Below are positions 58,490 to 64,000 of a stretch of DNA of 64,000 nt, one piece after another; within the stretch, counting starts at the first letter, position 1; each line of letters starts with the position of its first letter. The DNA is from Candidatus Poribacteria bacterium. GTDB taxonomy: Bacteria > Poribacteria > WGA-4E > WGA-3G. The translations under genes and the position numbers were made by a program. The notes beneath the pieces were generated by a model, which saw only the letters and a program-made list of their open reading frames with translations, did no database searches and was not told the DNA's origin. Where the stretch lies: positions 15,364 through 79,363 of the forward strand of contig JAPPBX010000112.1 of assembly GCA_026702755.1 (NCBI GenBank). The letters run 5' to 3'.

Positions 58490-59635
58490 CTAATTCACCT
58501 TTTGTAAGAGCGTTGTTATCCAATTGACACCGGACAACTCAAGAATCACGCCCAGAATCATAGTTATGAAAATGAGTACCTTTCCCCAATCTTGTCCTCT
58601 GAGACTCCCAAGTAACATCGGTTCTCTGGACAGATAAGCACTCGCTGCGTACAATTCTTCACCAATTAAAGTATAGTCGCATGCAGCGATAAAGAACGGA
58701 AGTTGGTGCTCAGAGTCTGTTCCTGCAATCTGAATGGCACCAATAGAATTGCCTGTTTCCGCGAGAATAAGCGATTCAGCGAAAAATTGACCTTGTAAAA
58801 ATATCGCCGCGGGTTTTTCACGAAGCATAATACCATCCACACCAGCAGCGTAGGCGAATTGGCTTTCACTGACAAAGAAAACGTTTTCCTCGTTATAGAC
58901 ATCCGGACGACCTTCATCAAGATATGCTGTTCGCACGACCTCACGCACGACATTCATAACAATTGGATCCCGGCAAGGCACACGCAATGGTGTTTCATAA
59001 TCGGCAGTTCGCCGTGCCACTTGCCCCAGAATTGTCATACTCGCAATAGTAGGGACATCATCTACGCGACCTAACCCTAAGGTATAGAGAATAGAGCGTC
59101 CCATCTCCGTGGCTCTACCGATGGCTTCATCTACAGCCTCAAGTCCAGGGATGCGCCGAACGAAGATATCTTTACCACTCCGCGCATAATAGATATTCCA
59201 AAGAATAACGGCACCAAAAAGAAGCATGGCGATAAACAGCGGGATTTTGCCGGTATGAAACCATTCCCCTGTTCCTTTGACGGGGACGGTTTGTTCGGAA
59301 TCCACTGTTGCCTCTGTCTCGCTAACGGCGCGCACAATGTAGGCGTAGGCGTTCCCTTTTTCAATAGAGGAATCGACATAAGTCGCTGTTCCGGCAGGCA
59401 GTAGTTCACCGATTTCTTCAAGATCGCCGTCTGCTATCCGCCGCAGGATTTGATATCCTGTGATACCGCTATCTTCGGGGGCTGTGTCCCACTTGATAGT
59501 GATGCTGGAGCCATCGTCGTTGGGTGTATCCACTGCCGTGACGTTTGCCGGTGGGCTGAGTCCTTGGCTAAACGCAGTGCCAATGCTTAGGCACAGCACC
59601 AAGCAGACGACTGTCCATTGAGTTGTTTTTATCAT
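58490..59635 (-). CDS. signal-peptide + fibronectin-III-like domain + single TM + ~230 aa cytoplasmic domain protein, unknown function
   Basis: It has a signal peptide (MIKTTQWTVVCLVLCLSIGTAFS) and an FN3-like segment (PPANVTAVDTPNDDGSSITIKWDTAPEDSGITGYQILRR). A TM helix follows (IPLFIAMLLFGAVILWNIYY), and the C-terminal domain is unassignable. Confidence 0.45.
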   Translation of the reverse strand: MIKTTQWTVVCLVLCLSIGTAFSQGLSPPANVTAVDTPNDDGSSITIKWDTAPEDSGITGYQILRRIADGDLEEIGELLPAGTATYVDSSIEKGNAYAYIVRAVSETEATVDSEQTVPVKGTGEWFHTGKIPLFIAMLLFGAVILWNIYYARSGKDIFVRRIPGLEAVDEAIGRATEMGRSILYTLGLGRVDDVPTIASMTILGQVARRTADYETPLRVPCRDPIVMNVVREVVRTAYLDEGRPDVYNEENVFFVSESQFAYAAGVDGIMLREKPAAIFLQGQFFAESLILAETGNSIGAIQIAGTDSEHQLPFFIAACDYTLIGEELYAASAYLSREPMLLGSLRGQDWGKVLIFITMILGVILELSGVNWITTLLQKVN

Positions 59636-59686
59636 AAATGTTATGTTCCTCGTGTAATGGTCATCGGTTATCAGTTTTCAGTGACA

Positions 59687-59731
59687 AGAGGTGCTGTGGC
59701 TGCCACAAGAGACCTCTTAACTGATAACTGA
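59687..59731. repeat. second copy of the 31 nt hairpin + TAACTGATAACTGA element (family R2)
   Basis: AGAGGTGCTGTGGCTGCCACAAGAGACCTCTtaactgataactga is identical to 46998-47042 and flanked by more ACTGAYN heptamers. Confidence 0.5.
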
Positions 59732-59751
59732 AGACTGACCACTGATAACTA

Positions 59752-60840
59752 TTAAAAACATTGCGAGATAACTTCTAAAACATGCCGATCGTCTACATCG
59801 TCGCGGATAACGACTTCTCCGATACGCGTCGGCAGGATGAGGCGGAGTTTACCGCCTAACGTCTTTTTGTCCAAATACATCGCGTCACATAACGCTTCTG
59901 GGGTGAGATCGGGTGGGAAGGCAATCGGCAGTTTCGCACGCTTTAGGAGTGTCTGTTGCCGTTGAAAATCGGTTTCGGAGAACATTCCCAAATTTACTGC
60001 TAACTGTGCGGCGCAGTTCATCCCGATAGAAACCGCTTCACCGTGTCGATACCTATTGTAATGTGTCAATGCTTCAAGCGCGTGTCCGAAGGTATGCCCA
60101 TAGTTGAGGACCATCCGCAATCCACTCTCTTTTTCGTCTTTAGCAACGATTTCTGCTTTGTTAATACACGCTTGCGAAATTATCTCAGTGAGTGCTGTGT
60201 TGTCTAAATTTAAGATAGCGTCAAGGTTTTCTTCAACCGTCTCAAACAGCGGTTCATCGCGGATAACGCCCATCTTGATAACTTCAATAAGTCCTGATCG
60301 GATGTCGCGTTGCGGTAGCGTTTTGAGCGTGTCTACGTCGATGAGTACCAGTTTCGGTTGATGGAATGCGCCGATGAGGTTCTTGCCCTTCGGATGGTTA
60401 ATCGCTGTTTTACCCCCAACGCTTGCGTCAACCTGTGCCTGTAACGTCGTTGGAATCTGGACGTAAGGGATACCGCGCATATACACAGCTGCGGCGAATC
60501 CAGCCAAGTCACCGATAACACCACCACCGAGCGCGATAAGCGTTGAACCGCGATCGAGTTGATGCGCGACTAAGCTATCCTGTATGTGGGAGAATTGGGT
60601 CAATGATTTGTTCTCTTCGCCAGCGGGAACTGCAATTGTACTTACATCAAGACCAGCATCTTCAAGACTCTTCAGGACAACAGGCATATAGCGCGCTTTA
60701 AGGAATGTGTCCGAAACGATGAGCACCTTATTCGATTTTGTATGCGGTGTAAGGAGTTCGCCAACTCGGTTGAGGAGTCCTATCCCAACGACAAGGGGAT
60801 AACTATTATCTCCGAGTTCCACGTGTAAGGTTTTCGTCAT
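59752..60840 (-). CDS. aroB: 3-dehydroquinate synthase
   Basis: GGGVIGDLAGFAAAVYMRGIPYVQIPTTLQAQVDASVGGKTAINHP and the HGEAVSIG metal-binding motifs support the call. Confidence 0.9.
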   Translation of the reverse strand: MTKTLHVELGDNSYPLVVGIGLLNRVGELLTPHTKSNKVLIVSDTFLKARYMPVVLKSLEDAGLDVSTIAVPAGEENKSLTQFSHIQDSLVAHQLDRGSTLIALGGGVIGDLAGFAAAVYMRGIPYVQIPTTLQAQVDASVGGKTAINHPKGKNLIGAFHQPKLVLIDVDTLKTLPQRDIRSGLIEVIKMGVIRDEPLFETVEENLDAILNLDNTALTEIISQACINKAEIVAKDEKESGLRMVLNYGHTFGHALEALTHYNRYRHGEAVSIGMNCAAQLAVNLGMFSETDFQRQQTLLKRAKLPIAFPPDLTPEALCDAMYLDKKTLGGKLRLILPTRIGEVVIRDDVDDRHVLEVISQCF

Positions 60841-61379
60841 TTTGGATTCCTGGTGCTTCTTACAAACATCCGTTTGATGTGCAAGATGATTTCACCGAAT
60901 GAGCGTCCTGTCGTTCTCACCATATAATCGGCTTCTTCATAATAAGGCCGTCGTTCTGCTAACATTGACTGGATCTGCGCGAGCGGATCGGGTGTTTGGA
61001 GCAACGGTCGATGTGTCTGGTGTCCAACCCTCCGATAGATTTCTTCAGGGGTTGCTGTTAGACAAAAAACAACACCGTTCTGCTTCAGTGCTATCATGTT
61101 GGCTTCTTTTAAGACAACACCGCCTCCTGTAGAGATAACGGAGTTATGCCGTTTGGAAACTTTAAGAACGGCTTCGCTTTCAAGTTCTCGAAAAGCGGTT
61201 TCCCCGTCCTCCTCGAAGATATTGCTGATACGTCGCCCGCTATCTCGCTCGATAATGTCGTCTGTGTCCACATAACGCATCCTGAGTTGTGTCGCGAGCC
61301 GTCTACCGACAGAGGTTTTTCCGGTTCCCATAAAACCGACGAGCACGATATTGGGGCTTTTTTTGACCGGTTGTTTCAC
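60837..61379 (-). CDS. aroK: shikimate kinase
   Basis: It has the Walker A motif VLVGFMGTGKTSVGRRLA. Its length (~180 aa) fits, and it overlaps aroB by 4 nt. Confidence 0.85.
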   Translation of the reverse strand: MKQPVKKSPNIVLVGFMGTGKTSVGRRLATQLRMRYVDTDDIIERDSGRRISNIFEEDGETAFRELESEAVLKVSKRHNSVISTGGGVVLKEANMIALKQNGVVFCLTATPEEIYRRVGHQTHRPLLQTPDPLAQIQSMLAERRPYYEEADYMVRTTGRSFGEIILHIKRMFVRSTRNPK

Positions 61380-61384
61380 CTGAT

Positions 61385-61580
61385 TTCCGCCTTTTAATAG
61401 TTTTCGGTTACCAGTCGTCGGTTTGCCTCGCAGTGAGAGTTAAAGAGCAGTTTGTAACAAATTAGCCCTTCTTAGCATATTCCAACATAGGATCGATTGC
61501 TAGAGGAAACTTCTTAACTGAAAACTGACGACTGACGACTGAAAACTATTCTTCTGATAACCGACAACTGATGACTGACA
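61385..61580. repeat. intergenic region of R2-type repeats (ACTGAMN heptamers) plus a CTCGCAGTGAGAG hairpin motif also present at about 1893-1912
   Basis: The sequences are gtcgtcggtttgcctcgcagtgagagtta and ...cttaactgaaaactgacgactgacgactgaaaactattcttctgataaccgacaactgatgactgacagc. The gtttgcctc(a/g)cagtgagagtta segment is shared with 1888-1912. Confidence 0.45.
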
Positions 61581-61705
61581 GCTATTATAGCATTTTGGAA
61601 AAATATTGTAAAGATTTTGCACCAATTTTTGAGGTGTGATATAATTGCGAAAGTTTGGATATTTTGTAAATCTGGATTCGCGACATAGATAAAAGCGTGC
61701 AGCCT

Positions 61706-61859
61706 GAAACGAAGTGGAAGGGTTTTTGTGTCAGAAACACCTAAGTAAAATGGTGCTTCTTCGGATTTCCTATGCCAGCGACATCTACAGATAAAACAGT
61801 AACGAAACCGTAGCCCGAAACGAAGTGGAGGGGTTTTGCTTGGGTGTTTCTTCAGATCC
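61706..61859. repeat. two tandem copies of the R3 leader-like element (GAAACGAAGTGGARGGGTTTTTG...TTCTTCRGAT)
   Basis: The copies lie at 61706-61770 and 61817-61859. A related copy lies at 47668-47704 (upstream of the amidase) and a partial copy at 49921-49940 (upstream of the epimerase). A shared accgcaaggaaaatta(g/a)gaaaATGG RBS/start context occurs at 49983-50003 and 61899-61921. Confidence 0.45.
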
Positions 61860-61917
61860 TGAGCGAAGAGCACCAAAGTACAGACCACGTCGTTTAACCG
61901 CAAGGAAAATTAAAAAA

Positions 61918-62514
61918 ATGGCACGACAACTTAGAATGGTACGTCCCAATTTGGAAGATTTACCAGAGTTAGAACTTCCGGCAGGCTACGGCATGCGAAC
62001 CTATCAAGAAGGTGACGAGGTGCACTGGGCAAATATCATTAGCGACTCGTTCGGTGGCAGAGAACGCACCGCGCAGGATACGAGGAATGAGATTACTGGT
62101 AGAGATGTATTTCTCCCTGATGGACTCTACTTCACAACACATCAAGATGTTCCTGTTGGGACTGCCTGTGCGTGGCGGGAATCTGTAGATGAAAAGGATG
62201 TCGGATATGTGCACATGGTAGGTGTTGTCGCTGAACACACCGGACATAAACTCGGAAAATGGGTTTCGCTCGCTGTTCTCACCTACTTCCGCGACAACGG
62301 GTTCATAAGTGCAATGCTGGATACCGACGATTTTCGTGTTCCTGCTGTAAAGACCTATCTGAATCTGGGATTTATACCTGTTTACGTTGAAGACGAACAA
62401 CCCGAACGATGGCGGAAGATTTTTGAGAAACTGGGATTGCCCTCTATGTCAGCAGAAATTGCAAACGTTAGAGAAACACTTCCCGAGGAACTGTGGACGA
62501 AAGTTTCACGTTAA
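61918..62514 (+). CDS. GNAT-family N-acetyltransferase-like protein (paralog 1)
   Basis: It has a GNAT motif-A-like segment (VGVVAEHTGHKLGKWV) and a C-terminal LNLGFIPVYV. The start is the internal ATG; the upstream part of the ORF track's ORF is the R3 repeat. Confidence 0.55.
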   Translation: MARQLRMVRPNLEDLPELELPAGYGMRTYQEGDEVHWANIISDSFGGRERTAQDTRNEITGRDVFLPDGLYFTTHQDVPVGTACAWRESVDEKDVGYVHMVGVVAEHTGHKLGKWVSLAVLTYFRDNGFISAMLDTDDFRVPAVKTYLNLGFIPVYVEDEQPERWRKIFEKLGLPSMSAEIANVRETLPEELWTKVSR

Positions 62515-62517
62515 TAT

Positions 62518-63063
62518 ATGGTGGAAGATCAACTCAGAATGGCTCGGTATGATTTGGAGAATCTACCGAAGTTTCGGTGTCCTGACAACTATCATATCCG
62601 AACTTATCAGCGCGGAGACGAAGTCTATTGGGCACGAATAATGGACAGAACCTTTGTAGACCAAGGCAGAACCTCTGAAGATACTTATGCTAACGTTATC
62701 AACCAACCCAATTTTGATCCAGATGGATTCTGCTTCGCCATCCACAGAGATGTTCCTATCGGCACGGCGTGTGCTTGGAATAGGTGTCATCGTGGCAAAC
62801 CGATCGGCTACATTGATATGCTCGCTGTGCTCCCAGAACATACTGGACATAAACTTGGAAAATGGCTGACGGTGTTTCTCCTGCACTATTTTAAAACGCG
62901 GTATGTGGCGTATGTCATGTTAGACACAGACGATTTTCGTCTTCCTGCAATCAAGAATTATCTCAACTTAGGGTTTGTTCCTGTGTATGTAGGTGAAAAT
63001 CACGGAGAGCGTTGGCGGACAATCTTTAAAAAGCTGGATATTCTCCGTGGCGTGATCGCATAG
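62518..63063 (+). CDS. GNAT-family N-acetyltransferase-like protein (paralog 2, tandem)
   Basis: A substantial fraction of residues are identical to the preceding gene, and the architecture is the same (TYQRGDEVYWARIM.., LAVLPEHTGHKLGKWL.., DTDDFRLPAIKNYLNLGFVPVYV). Confidence 0.55.
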   Translation: MVEDQLRMARYDLENLPKFRCPDNYHIRTYQRGDEVYWARIMDRTFVDQGRTSEDTYANVINQPNFDPDGFCFAIHRDVPIGTACAWNRCHRGKPIGYIDMLAVLPEHTGHKLGKWLTVFLLHYFKTRYVAYVMLDTDDFRLPAIKNYLNLGFVPVYVGENHGERWRTIFKKLDILRGVIA

Positions 63064-63088
63064 GATGTTTACGATTTTACCATAAAAG

Positions 63089-64000
63089 ATGAAATCGCTT
63101 GTTACGGTGAGAAGATCCTTCAATCTGGCAAACTACGCTGGTTTTACGAATAACCTTATTATGCCAACGGTTCTCGCTATTGGTTTTGTACTACGCCTCA
63201 TCGGCGTAAACGTTGGCTTACCCGATTCTCCCGACCCACGTGAAGTTCTAATCGCACAAGATGTGCTGAATCTTATCCACTTCACGGCACCTCCACAAAT
63301 CTACAACTGGCCCGGAACAGCGTGGTTTTACATCATTGCTGGCGTAGGCAAATTGTTATCGTTCTGTGGTTGGTATCCGACAGAGGCCCGCGTAATTTTA
63401 CTGGCACGCTGCATCAATGTCCTGTTGTCTACAGCAACGCTTTGGTTCACCTATCGTATTGGGTTTCACTGTTACAGCAAACGTGTAGGTCAACTTGCAG
63501 CCGGATTGCTCGCTGTTGCGATGTTACACGCCACTAACGAGTCGCGTTTCGCACTTGTCGACATCCCTGCCACTCTCTGTGTGACACTGTTTTTCTGGCA
63601 CCTGACGCGCGCGCGTTCTGCCTCAACTACGCTTACGTTTCAAACCGCGATATGGCTCAGCATCATTGTGGGGGTCGGCTTCGCCGTCAAATTTACGACT
63701 ATCTTTGTTGTTTTTGCCTTGTTGTGCTTTGTCGGTAGTAGACATTTTTATCGCAGGCTTGCGACAATTGTTGGTATCTCTGCTTTAACTTTTACCTTTC
63801 TCTGCCCTTATTGGCTCATAGATTTAATCTCACCGGAATGGAATCTCTTCTTTCAGGATTTTTGGTATGAAGCGTCTCATTATCACTGGGGACACTTCGG
63901 TCTCATGAGCACAGCAGAATCTGATTGGCTGGGTCGGTTTATCTATCTGTGGACACTTTTGAAATGGGGTATGGGGCTGCCACTTGCAGTCCTTGCCAGT
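63089..64000 (+). CDS. polytopic membrane glycosyltransferase, GT39/PMT_2 (ArnT-like) family, 3'-truncated by the window edge
   Basis: The frame is open from the ATG at 63089 to the window end and was not in the ORF track because it has no stop. It has multiple TM helices, an Asp-containing loop near the first helix (GLPDSPDPREV) and Trp/Tyr-rich loops typical of lipid-linked-sugar glycosyltransferases. The start codon is uncertain. Confidence 0.45.
   Translation, partial: MKSLVTVRRSFNLANYAGFTNNLIMPTVLAIGFVLRLIGVNVGLPDSPDPREVLIAQDVLNLIHFTAPPQIYNWPGTAWFYIIAGVGKLLSFCGWYPTEARVILLARCINVLLSTATLWFTYRIGFHCYSKRVGQLAAGLLAVAMLHATNESRFALVDIPATLCVTLFFWHLTRARSASTTLTFQTAIWLSIIVGVGFAVKFTTIFVVFALLCFVGSRHFYRRLATIVGISALTFTFLCPYWLIDLISPEWNLFFQDFWYEASHYHWGHFGLMSTAESDWLGRFIYLWTLLKWGMGLPLAVLAS

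Overview
The window is a 64 kb, roughly 50% GC, densely coded stretch of bacterial chromosome. It contains no rRNA, tRNA or CRISPR that I can support. The gene content points to a Gram-negative, PVC-like (possibly Poribacteria- or Planctomycetes-like) lineage: three ECF sigma-factor genes, LamG-like secreted proteins, sulfatase, CRTAC1, PhyH dioxygenases and WD40/BNR propellers; this assignment is inference only. The housekeeping genes recognised are recJ, relA/spoT, rpmB (L28), a 7Fe ferredoxin, aroK-aroB, a sugar ABC transporter, an FGGY kinase, a ROK kinase, a GmhA-like SIS isomerase, an Amidase_3 amidase and an Ala-Glu-epimerase-like enolase.

Notable items:
- Two ECF sigma factors have large C-terminal fusions: sigma-TM-BNR propeller at 2143-5157 and sigma-WD40 propeller at 27963-30542.
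- A third ECF sigma factor (15844-16458) is followed by a DUF4097 protein.
- A recently duplicated tandem pair encodes PhyH-dioxygenase::HEAT-repeat fusion proteins (25006-27887).
- An NfeD-NfeD-FloA-FloA membrane-microdomain cluster lies at 42746-46852.
- Four tightly stacked, unassignable membrane protein genes sit at 56363-59635.
- A secreted C39-like/DUF1573-like gene is split by a single in-frame TGA at 5861.
- A tandem pair of GNAT acetyltransferase paralogs sits at 61918-63063.
- An XhlA-like holin/hemolysin-type gene sits next to a MITE-like palindromic element.
- At least three families of short intergenic repeats occur: a TTACGCAG/CTGCGTAA-bounded palindromic element, tandem ACTGAYN heptamer arrays with a conserved 31 nt hairpin, and a GAAACGAAGTGGAGG leader-like element upstream of three unrelated genes.

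All functional calls are by-eye motif recognition; no searches were run.
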